This document shows positions 1 through 6,212 of a stretch of DNA of 36,631 nucleotides, one piece after another. Location: positions 1-36,631 of IMG/VR virus record IMGVR_UViG_3300045988_020874; one strand, written 5' to 3'. Both the position numbers and the translations under genes were made by a program. The stretch's first letter is position 1; every line of letters begins with the position of its first letter. Below the pieces are notes generated by a model. That model saw only the letters and a list, made by a program, of their open reading frames with translations. It was not told where the DNA came from and searched no databases. The stretch is from a virus.

Positions 1-178
1 ACCCATGCATTGCCGAAAACCCATGCGTTGCCGGAAACCTTTGCATTGCCGGACACCTTTGCGTTGCCGAAAACCTCTGCGTTGCCGGAAACCTTTGCAT
101 TGCCAAAAACCTCTGCATTGTCAAAAACCTTTGCATTGTCAAAAACCTCTGCATTTCCGGTAACCCATGCATCGCCGT
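1..178. repeat. 18-nt tandem coding repeat (6-aa unit [G/D]NA[KEWR]V[SFT]) of the split repeat gene
   Basis: Direct reading shows units such as gcattgccggaaaccttt repeated head to tail. Nt 1-80 are identical to 36352-36431, and nt 1-46 are also identical to 36586-36631. Confidence 0.9.
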
Positions 179-323
179 CTTGCGATACATTTCCCTCTTT
201 CTCTACGTATCCTCCAAGTTCTCCTGCTTTCACGTCTCCAAAATCAATTAATGCCTTAATTCTAAATAATTTTTTCCCAGCTTCGTTTGTAATAGGCTCT
301 GTTGTTAATTCAAATTTTTTCAT
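1..323 (-). CDS. Hexapeptide-repeat (predicted beta-helix) phage protein, N-terminal part. Cut by the left window edge and continues in frame with the ORF open at the right edge.
   Basis: ATG at 323 in an ATGA overlap with the stop of 320..886. Translation is MKKFELTTEPITNEAGKKLFRIKALIDFGDVKAGELGGYVEKEGNVSQDGDAWVTGNAEVFDNAKV..., followed by 6-aa repeats down to nt 1 with no stop. Absent from the ORF track because it is edge-truncated. Confidence 0.8.
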   Translation of the reverse strand, partial: MKKFELTTEPITNEAGKKLFRIKALIDFGDVKAGELGGYVEKEGNVSQDGDAWVTGNAEVFDNAKVFDNAEVFGNAKVSGNAEVFGNAKVSGNAKVSGNAWVFGNAW

Positions 324-886
324 TTCCCTTCTTCCTTTCTTGGCTTCCATTTTCCTAACATTTGTTCCAATTCTCTTGGTGTTAGCGTTTCGATTCCTAA
401 ATCTTCCGCTTCCTGTATCGTTCCTTTGATTAGCTCACTCATTTCCCGACTGTCGTAGGTATGTGAGCCTCTCATGAGCCTGTAAAACACTACCTCTTTG
501 CCTTTTTCTAGCCGCCGTCCTATCGCAACTGTGTGAACGTCCTCTTTTTTGTACATGATGTCGGTTGGGACGTTAGTTTTCAAAACTGCTATGTCCCCTT
601 TTATCAGCTCCGGCTGTCCGTATCTTCCTATCATTAAATTTTTAGCTTCCGCCTTGCTCGTGCCGATTTTCTCTGCTATTTTGGTGACTAACACGTGGAA
701 ATAGGCGTTTGCCGACAAGCTTCTTTTCTTGCGGAACGGTTTAATTATTACGGACAGCTTTTCCAGCTTTTTCAGTTCGTCCACGCCCTTTATAAACTGC
801 TCCGCCTCGTTGATTTCCAGGGTAACTGTTATCTTTTTGCTAAAATAATCCACTGCTAAGTTTTTTATTTTTCCAGTTAAATCCAT
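320..886 (-). CDS. NinB/Orf-like recombination mediator (tentative)
   Basis: 188-aa ORF. The motif KKRSLSANAYFHVLVTKIAEKIG resembles the RSLDQNRKLWA segment of lambda NinB. It lies next to the ERF annealase gene. Confidence 0.45.
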   Translation of the reverse strand: MDLTGKIKNLAVDYFSKKITVTLEINEAEQFIKGVDELKKLEKLSVIIKPFRKKRSLSANAYFHVLVTKIAEKIGTSKAEAKNLMIGRYGQPELIKGDIAVLKTNVPTDIMYKKEDVHTVAIGRRLEKGKEVVFYRLMRGSHTYDSREMSELIKGTIQEAEDLGIETLTPRELEQMLGKWKPRKEEGK

Positions 887-887
887 G

Positions 888-1457
888 CTATTCCAGTCCT
901 AATTCTTTCATGGCTTCAGCGTATTGTTGCTGTGTCGTCTGATACAATGATTTTAAACCTCTTTGACTTGCCCATTCCTTGATCTGGGCTTCCGTCATTC
1001 CTTTTTTTTGCATCAGATCATAGAGCCGTTTCGCCTCTTTCTCTGTGACAACCTCGTTGCGTTTATATTCGTCTGTATCTGCATCTTTGGAATCATCCAG
1101 AAGAAACAAGCTATTTAAGGCGTATTTCCTCGCGTAGCTCGATGCTGACCCGGTAACTTGTGCTGCGTCCATCTTTTTTTTGCTTTCCTCCTCCCTGGCG
1201 TATGCTGTAGTGCAAAAACTGCCATCACTTTCTGTGTCTTTTAAAATTGCTGTCGCCTTTATGTAAAATCGGTTGCCCAGCATGATGATTTCGTCGTTTA
1301 CGGTTAATATTAAGCCTTCCCTGTCCAATAAAGGCTTTACTGCCTCGTAGATGTCCTCTAAGCTCCTGTAACTATAGCCACCATACTCACTGTATTTACT
1401 CTTGGGCACCTTTAATTCTGCTTGAATTTTTTGCAACTTTGTGTAAACATCTCCCAT
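888..1457 (-). CDS. erf: ERF-family single-strand annealing protein
   Basis: 189-aa ORF with GSASSYARKYALNSLFLLDD, which is typical of the ERF superfamily. Sits in the recombination-module context. Confidence 0.8.
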   Translation of the reverse strand: MGDVYTKLQKIQAELKVPKSKYSEYGGYSYRSLEDIYEAVKPLLDREGLILTVNDEIIMLGNRFYIKATAILKDTESDGSFCTTAYAREEESKKKMDAAQVTGSASSYARKYALNSLFLLDDSKDADTDEYKRNEVVTEKEAKRLYDLMQKKGMTEAQIKEWASQRGLKSLYQTTQQQYAEAMKELGLE

Positions 1458-1462
1458 TTTTC

Positions 1463-1924
1463 TTACCTCACAATCACGCTCTTTGAGGTCTCAATGTGTG
1501 CCCCTGCGACCTCTTTCCCGGCTTTAATTGCCTTTTTAATCGCTGTCTTGTCCGCCTGTGGCTCTGGAATTCTGATGTATTCCTCTGACAGACTACCTAA
1601 GTCGTCAATAGTCACAGACTCGCTGTTTCTGTATGACACGCTGACTCTTGCCGTCTTGAGCTTTTCACCGTCAAGAGCATGGGACAGATAGTCCTTGCAC
1701 CTCTGTGCGGCGTTCTCGCAACTTCTACGGCGTTTCGCAAGCTTTTCTTCCTCCTCTTTGATTGCCTTTGCTTCTGCGGCATAATTCTTCACCGCCAGCG
1801 CGATTCCCTCCACCTTTTTGTCTCTCTCGATGTTGAGAGCCTCAAGTTTTTCGAGGTCAATAATTTCTCCTGTCTCCTCGTCTACACAGTCCATAATTGC
1901 ACTGTCAATCTCGTATAGTGTCAT
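1463..1924 (-). CDS. Siphovirus Gp157-family protein
   Basis: 153 aa. N-terminal MTLYEIDSAI..., a central charged coiled segment, and a position upstream of erf match the usual Gp157 pattern. Confidence 0.65.
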   Translation of the reverse strand: MTLYEIDSAIMDCVDEETGEIIDLEKLEALNIERDKKVEGIALAVKNYAAEAKAIKEEEEKLAKRRRSCENAAQRCKDYLSHALDGEKLKTARVSVSYRNSESVTIDDLGSLSEEYIRIPEPQADKTAIKKAIKAGKEVAGAHIETSKSVIVR

Positions 1925-2073
1925 TGCTCTAATTCCTCCTCATATCCCTGCTCGTATTCGTTGCAGTTTTCCGCACCTCGTTTGATTGCTTTGTGTGCTG
2001 TTCTGCACTCATATTCCGCCTCAAGGCGCTGTGTCTTTAAATACTCTCTAGCCGGGTCAAATCCTCGTTCCAT
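1921..2073 (-). CDS. Small hypothetical protein (50 aa)
   Basis: Translation is MERGFDPAREYLKTQRLEAEYECRTAHKAIKRGAENCNEYEQGYEEELEQ. Its stop overlaps the next start (ATGA). It fills an otherwise empty gap but has a weak RBS. Below the ORF-track length cutoff. Confidence 0.35.
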   Translation of the reverse strand: MERGFDPAREYLKTQRLEAEYECRTAHKAIKRGAENCNEYEQGYEEELEQ

Positions 2074-2314
2074 TTCCTGTACCCCATGTCTCTTTAATAG
2101 CCTTGCTCAGTTCGTTGTAGCCTCTGGCGTATGCCTCTATCTTTTTCATGTCGTTGCTTCTTTCAACGCCCAGTCTAAACAGCTCAAGCAGTCCCTGTGC
2201 CACCTCTCTGTCTTTGACAGTGATCGTGACTTCTGCCGGGATTACTCCTTTCCCCATCACTTTATCGTCATATTCCTTCGCCTGGAACCACGTCGCATTA
2301 ATCATCGCATCCAT
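2057..2314 (-). CDS. Hypothetical early protein (85 aa)
   Basis: ORF in series with the early operon. No motif recognised. Confidence 0.6.
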   Translation of the reverse strand: MDAMINATWFQAKEYDDKVMGKGVIPAEVTITVKDREVAQGLLELFRLGVERSNDMKKIEAYARGYNELSKAIKETWGTGNGTRI

Positions 2315-2966
2315 AGCCTAACCTCTCTTTCTTTCCTGCTATCCAGTCACCTAATGCTCCCTCGCACTGTTCCGGGGTATAATTTTTATTATCCTGCTCT
2401 AACCGCCCAACTATTTCTCCCAGTGTGGGGAGTTCTGGTACTGTTTCTTTTCGCTCTATCGCTCCCGCCGCTCTTATCATTTCTCGGAGCTTCGGCGGGT
2501 ACTTGTCTATCTCCTTTTGTCTTTCTAACGCCGCTCTGTAGCTTCTGAGGAAGTTTGACTGTATGACCGTCTGAAAGTCCGCTGAATCTACTACCGCCCA
2601 GTCATGGAGCGTCTGTGGCGTTCCTACTGCCTTTTGCAACGTAGGGGGCAGTTTGTCAAACTCCTCTCTGTAACCGTAAATCCCGTTACCGCACGCCTTT
2701 GCCACTGTTGCCCATGCTTCCTGCTCGCTCAGGTAGCTGCTTTCTGCCTTGAGCTTGCTGGCACACTCCAAAATGTCTGCCGGTGTTGGCGGAAACTTAC
2801 CTGTTGTCATGTACATCTGCGCCGCTACGCTTATTGTCTGGTAGTCGTTGTTCTTACCTACTAGGCGGTACCACATATCTAACGCCTGTTCGTTGGGAAC
2901 AAATCCCGGAGCCGTGTAAACGGTCTTTAGTGCGGCTACGATTTTAGAAAACTCCGAAATCGTCAT
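2298..2966 (-). CDS. G39P-like replicative helicase loader (tentative)
   Basis: 222 aa. The N-terminal pattern F..I...LK..Y......NEQALDMWY..L......A......GKFPPTPADIL resembles the SPP1 G39P loader family. It lies directly downstream of the initiator gene. Confidence 0.5.
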   Translation of the reverse strand: MTISEFSKIVAALKTVYTAPGFVPNEQALDMWYRLVGKNNDYQTISVAAQMYMTTGKFPPTPADILECASKLKAESSYLSEQEAWATVAKACGNGIYGYREEFDKLPPTLQKAVGTPQTLHDWAVVDSADFQTVIQSNFLRSYRAALERQKEIDKYPPKLREMIRAAGAIERKETVPELPTLGEIVGRLEQDNKNYTPEQCEGALGDWIAGKKERLGYGCDD

Positions 2967-3723
2967 ACATTCCGCCTCCCTCCTGTTCTTTCTGTGCCGC
3001 CCAGTGCTGTATATCTCCGTACAGCCGTTCGTTAATGTTCTTCGTGCTGTCGTTAGCTGTTTTCAGTTCAAAAAGTCCTAGCCACTCTTTATCCAATGAC
3101 TGGTCTATAATCTGTTTCATCAGTCCAACATCACCGCCAGATAATTCATGCAACTTTTTGAGTAATGCTTTCAAGGCTCTATCCGTCCGAACTGGTTTTC
3201 TAATCTTCTTACGCATGGAAAGAAATTCCAGAAACTTATTGTTTAGTTCCTCGTCCTCAAAGTATCTCGCGGGCGCGCCTTTATCTTTAGTATTATTACT
3301 AGTATTATTATTAGTATTATATATATTAGTATTATTGGTACCCATTTTGACTACACCCCCGTACCCATTTTGACTACACCCCGTACCCATTTTGACTACA
3401 CCCCCGTACCCATTTTGACTACACCCCGTACCCATTTTGACTATAGGGGGTTCAGCTTTTTCATGAGCTATATAACGGTTAAATTTCACCCCACTAATCT
3501 CTTCAACTCTCTTCTCAATTACTCCACGATTTGCAAGATTTTCAAGATTTCTTTGTGCAGTACTTTTTGACACGCCAAGAAATTTGGAAATATATTTCAA
3601 CGACCCTTTAAATTCTGATTCGCCATCCTGCGAAAAGCCATAAATAAGGGCATACGTGAGAAGTTCGTTCCCCTTTAACTGTAAATCTGATATCATCCAA
3701 TCTTGAATAACGATATATGCCAT
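2944..3723 (-). CDS. Replication initiator / replisome organiser with N-terminal winged-HTH
   Basis: 259 aa. The N-terminus has an HTH (LKYISKFLGVSKSTAQRNLENLANRGVIEK). The central segment is encoded by the iteron repeats (VKMGTGCSQNGYGGV twice). An N/T-rich linker is encoded by AT-rich DNA. Confidence 0.7.
   Translation of the reverse strand: MAYIVIQDWMISDLQLKGNELLTYALIYGFSQDGESEFKGSLKYISKFLGVSKSTAQRNLENLANRGVIEKRVEEISGVKFNRYIAHEKAEPPIVKMGTGCSQNGYGGVVKMGTGCSQNGYGGVVKMGTNNTNIYNTNNNTSNNTKDKGAPARYFEDEELNNKFLEFLSMRKKIRKPVRTDRALKALLKKLHELSGGDVGLMKQIIDQSLDKEWLGLFELKTANDSTKNINERLYGDIQHWAAQKEQEGGGMYDDFGVF
3338..3445. repeat. Iteron array (5 copies of GTACCCATTTTGACTA at alternating 23/22-nt spacing), candidate phage origin of replication
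   Basis: Direct reading gives gtacccattttgactacaccccc / gtacccattttgactacacccc alternating, with the fifth copy degenerate at its end. Flanked at 3289-3337 by an AT-rich tract. Confidence 0.75.
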
Positions 3724-3792
3724 GTCTACCTCCTATCTTGACAAATTGCCAAGTCTTTTGTAAAATCTAGTTATGTTTTATTTGGCAAGAGC

Positions 3793-3939
3793 CTAGTGGT
3801 AAGGTTCTTCCTTTTTCACTTCGTGTTCTACGCCGTCTTTATCGGTATAAAACACTTTGTCATACTCTACACCTTGTTGTCGTCCTAAAAGGGTGTAGAG
3901 TAGTCTAGCAACATACTCTGGTCTCGGAGGTTCATTCAT
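3793..3939 (-). CDS. Small hypothetical protein (48 aa)
   Basis: ATG at 3939 preceded by GAGAGGAG. Translation is MNEPPRPEYVARLLYTLLGRQQGVEYDKVFYTDKDGVEHEVKKEEPYH. The longer track ORF 3793..4200 overlaps the antirepressor gene and is not used. Confidence 0.55.
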   Translation of the reverse strand: MNEPPRPEYVARLLYTLLGRQQGVEYDKVFYTDKDGVEHEVKKEEPYH

Positions 3940-3943
3940 TTTT

Positions 3944-4693
3944 TTACTCCTCTCTTTTCGTAAGTTCCTGACATTGCAAGAATTTATTAATAAAATATTG
4001 CTGTCCTTTACCCGTGACTTTAGTTGTCTTGGTGATGATATTTTCACCCGCTCCGTTAATGTAGGAGCCTTCCTTGATTTCAAACAATCCAAGCTCCATA
4101 CCTTTCTGGGCTGGCATGTTTCTGCTTGACCCACGTTTGAGTAGAAAGCCATTTTCACGCATCCAAGAAAACAATCTTCGTTGTCCGATTTCGATGCCAT
4201 TCTGTTTTAACAGCTTCGCAAGCTCACCAATCAAAATTGAGGTCTGGCTTGCTGAAACGGCATCTGCAAACACTTCTTTTGGTCGCATACGCTCAACGCT
4301 TTCAAGCAAAACTGCATTGTCAGCTTTTAAAGATTCAATGGTTTTGTCAGCCATTCTTAAGGCTCTGGCAAAAACCTGTTCTGGCGTGTTCCATGCTTTT
4401 TCAAGGTCGAGAAAATATTGTCTGTACAATCTGCCTTTTTCCGAACGCTGAATCATGCAAATCTGTTTTGCCATGTCTGTCGAAATTTGATAATCAACCA
4501 TGTTCTGGGCTCCGCCAAGGGTGGGACATTTTTGGTACACCCTTTTCCAATCTACATTTTCTGTAAATCCATACTCAGTCATACGAGGAAACCACTTCCT
4601 AAAATCAGTGTTTATCTCCAAACCCTCATGCAAATCCCTTGCGGAGACAGTTGGTTGCTCCGAATCGTAGTTGACAGGAATTAAAATCTCCAT
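3944..4693 (-). CDS. ant: Phage antirepressor (AntA/AntB-type N-terminal domain plus KilAC C-terminal domain)
   Basis: 249 aa. The N-terminal VSARDLHEGLEI...FRKWF...GF.ENVD pattern and the C-terminal VSASQTSILIGELAKLLKQNGIEIGQRRLFSWMRENGFL match ANT/KilAC domain patterns. Confidence 0.8.
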   Translation of the reverse strand: MEILIPVNYDSEQPTVSARDLHEGLEINTDFRKWFPRMTEYGFTENVDWKRVYQKCPTLGGAQNMVDYQISTDMAKQICMIQRSEKGRLYRQYFLDLEKAWNTPEQVFARALRMADKTIESLKADNAVLLESVERMRPKEVFADAVSASQTSILIGELAKLLKQNGIEIGQRRLFSWMRENGFLLKRGSSRNMPAQKGMELGLFEIKEGSYINGAGENIITKTTKVTGKGQQYFINKFLQCQELTKREE

Positions 4694-4843
4694 CTAGTCA
4701 CCTTCTTTCTGTTCTTCACGTTCCTGCTTCTTATTACTTGCCATTGCTTCACCCATGCCAAGCAAGTAGCCTTTATTAAATTCAGACATATTAGGAATAG
4801 CTTTTGTTATAGCTTCAAGAATCTGTTTTTCTTTTTCTGACAT
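4694..4843 (-). CDS. Small hypothetical protein (49 aa)
   Basis: ATG at 4843 with AGAGAGGTG 8 nt upstream. Translation is MSEKEKQILEAITKAIPNMSEFNKGYLLGMGEAMASNKKQEREEQKEGD. The TAG stop abuts the ant start. Confidence 0.6.
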   Translation of the reverse strand: MSEKEKQILEAITKAIPNMSEFNKGYLLGMGEAMASNKKQEREEQKEGD

Positions 4844-4863
4844 TTTTCAACACCTCTCTTTCT

Positions 4864-4929
4864 CGACCTGCCATCATCAGTACCGGGAGGTCGTCTCCGG
4901 TAGACGGTCATTCCTGACCGTTTCGGCTA
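4864..4929 (-). ncRNA. Hammerhead-ribozyme-like element (helix II open, type-II-like permutation), candidate
   Basis: The minus-strand RNA reads UAGCC-GAAA-CGGUCA-GGAA-UGACCG-UC-UACCGGAG-ACGAC-CUCCCGGUA-CUGAUGA-U-GGC-AGGUCG. All invariant core nucleotides are contiguous with two good hairpins. Helix II is only 3 bp. See findings. Confidence 0.5.
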
Positions 4930-5130
4930 TTTATTTTCTAAAATAATTTCAAGCACATTTTTTTCTGTCACTCTCATATCAGTAACTCTTTTGTCTAAAA
5001 GCTCATCCGTTCCACAACTCAAAAAGTCATCCGCAAAGTGCTCTGTTTCGAACTTCATACCAAACGTTGTTACTACTGTTCTAATCAATGTGCTATTGTC
5101 GATTATCATTAAAATATCGTAGAAATTCAT
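4927..5130 (-). CDS. Hypothetical early protein (67 aa)
   Basis: ORF with RBS AGGAGGG in the conserved 5' UTR box. No motif recognised. Confidence 0.6.
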   Translation of the reverse strand: MNFYDILMIIDNSTLIRTVVTTFGMKFETEHFADDFLSCGTDELLDKRVTDMRVTEKNVLEIILENK

Positions 5131-5175
5131 CTTGTTTCCCTCCTGTTTGGTTGTCTTGTGTTTTGACCGTTTCGG

Positions 5176-5409
5176 CTAATTTGAAATGTTCTGTAATCCT
5201 GCAATTACAAGTGCAAGTGTTGTTTTACCATTGTTTGCTTCTTTTGCTCTTGCCATTAATGCTGAATAAAGTTCATGTGGGATGTTCTTTGTACCGTTTA
5301 AAGCGGCTAAACATTCATCGTAAGTTAATAAATTAATCATTTCTTTCGCCTGCTCAATACTTTCAAGCTTATCAATTTTCTTATTTGCTAAATCTTCTCT
5401 TGTTATCAT
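5176..5409 (-). CDS. Hypothetical early protein (77 aa), first gene of the leftward early operon
   Basis: ORF with RBS AAGAGGG in the conserved 5' UTR box. No HTH is evident. Confidence 0.6.
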   Translation of the reverse strand: MITREDLANKKIDKLESIEQAKEMINLLTYDECLAALNGTKNIPHELYSALMARAKEANNGKTTLALVIAGLQNISN

Positions 5410-5454
5410 GTTTTCCCTCTTGTTTGGTTGTCTTGTGTTTCTTAGCTTAGTTAT

Positions 5455-5483
5455 ACTTTATCATAACTCAGATAAATTGTCAA
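5455..5483 (-). promoter_or_regulatory. Leftward early promoter (PL-like)
   Basis: Minus strand has TTGACA (5483-5478), a 17-nt spacer, then TAAAGT (5460-5455) preceded by TGA (extended -10-like). Confidence 0.6.
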
Positions 5484-5506
5484 TAGTTTTTTATAACTCA
5501 GTTATA
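5458..5506. promoter_or_regulatory. Candidate operator sites of the genetic switch
   Basis: ATAACTCAG occurs at 5463-5471 and 5493-5501, 30 nt apart. The second copy lies in the palindrome TATAACTCAGTTATA (5492-5506). The first lies in TTATC-N8-GATAA (5458-5475), inside the PL spacer. A further AGTTATA half-site is at 5449-5455. Confidence 0.5.
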
Positions 5507-5513
5507 TTTTTTA

Positions 5514-5542
5514 TTGACTTTGTAATTGCTATGGTGTACTAT
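5514..5542 (+). promoter_or_regulatory. Rightward promoter for the repressor gene
   Basis: TTGACT (5514-5519), a 17-nt spacer, then TACTAT (5537-5542). RBS GAAAGGAGG follows ahead of the ATG at 5568. Confidence 0.55.
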
Positions 5543-5567
5543 ACTAATTAGAAAGGAGGTGTCAAAA

Positions 5568-5948
5568 ATGAATCGTCTTAACGAAAGAATTGATTATCTG
5601 ATAAAGAGTCTTGGGATGAAAAAAACAGCTTTCGCTGAAAAGCTTAATGTATCACAAGCTTTTGTATCACAATTATGTTCAGGGGTTAAACAGCCTAGTG
5701 AAAGAACAATACAGGACATATGCACTAAATTTAACGTCAATGAAGACTGGCTACGAACTGGAAACGGTGAAATGTTTATCGAATTAACAAGAGATGAACA
5801 GATAGAAAACTTTGTCGGTGATGTACTGAAAAGCGAGGAAGATTCTTTTAAAAAGAAATTTATTTCGATGCTTTCGGCGTTAGATGAATCTGACTGGGAA
5901 GTTCTACAGAAAATGGTGGAGCTAATGCAGGAAAACAAAAAGGGCTGA
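5568..5948 (+). CDS. CI-like XRE-family repressor (HTH only, no peptidase domain)
   Basis: 126 aa from the ATG at 5568, which has a strong RBS. The track ORF starts earlier at 5526. HTH segment is KKTAFAEKLNVSQAFVSQLCSGVKQPSERTIQDICTKFNV. Divergent from the early operon. Confidence 0.8.
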   Translation: MNRLNERIDYLIKSLGMKKTAFAEKLNVSQAFVSQLCSGVKQPSERTIQDICTKFNVNEDWLRTGNGEMFIELTRDEQIENFVGDVLKSEEDSFKKKFISMLSALDESDWEVLQKMVELMQENKKG

Positions 5949-6050
5949 TTATTTCAGCCCCAGTAAAGCCTTGATGTGTATGTAGATGAGCCGTAAACAA
6001 CGCTCATCTGCCATATCAAGCATTTTAATAATTTCTTTTCTGTAATCCAT
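5949..6050 (-). CDS. Small hypothetical protein (33 aa)
   Basis: ATG at 6050 with GGGAGGGG 5 nt upstream. Translation is MDYRKEIIKMLDMADERCLRLIYIHIKALLGLK. It ends in the hairpin GGGCTGA-ttatt-TCAGCCC (5942-5960), which is followed by a T-run on this strand. Confidence 0.4.
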   Translation of the reverse strand: MDYRKEIIKMLDMADERCLRLIYIHIKALLGLK

Positions 6051-6137
6051 GCAACCCCTCCCGTTATCAAATCTTTACTGCATTATATGATGCGCGTATC
6101 TCATTTATTCATTTTGGACATTATTTTCAGCAAATCC

Positions 6138-6166
6138 CTTGATATTTTATTCAATATCCTGTATAA
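6138..6166 (+). promoter_or_regulatory. Sigma-70-type promoter for the membrane protein gene
   Basis: TTGATA (6138-6143), a 17-nt spacer, then TATAAT (6161-6166). Confidence 0.6.
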
Positions 6167-6212
6167 TTTTACCTAAATTATTAATATAATAAATAAAAAA
6201 GGAGCAGAAAAT

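Noticed and set aside
10-429. Track ORF 10..429 (+), plus 36239..36529 (+), 36272..36631 (-) and 36310..36609 (-). These give proline/His/Cys-rich repetitive peptides.
   Set aside because: They are alternative-frame or opposite-strand readings of the 18-nt tandem repeat. Only the minus-strand frame giving [G/D]NA.V. connects to sensible non-repeat N- and C-terminal domains and to coupled neighbouring genes.
3117-3123. Other CUGAUGA heptamers: minus strand at 3117-3123, 13367-13373 and 22077-22083; plus strand at 10126-10132.
   Set aside because: All lie inside coding sequence and lack the adjacent helix I hairpin, the GUC triplet and the GAAA-helix III arrangement. The number of copies is about what chance predicts.
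3338-3445. Possible CRISPR array, considering the regular 22/23-nt repeats here and the 18-nt repeats at the window ends.
   Set aside because: The repeats are contiguous with no unique spacers, lie inside ORFs, and are too short. No cas genes are present. They are better explained as iterons and a coding tandem repeat.
3793-4200. Long versions of track ORFs: 3793..4200, 28368..28916, 28084..28482, 35442..35936, 8098..8517 and 5526..5948.
   Set aside because: Their 5' parts overlap upstream genes in another frame and translate to implausible sequence. Internal starts with good RBSs or ATGA/TAATG coupling give the family-typical N-termini.
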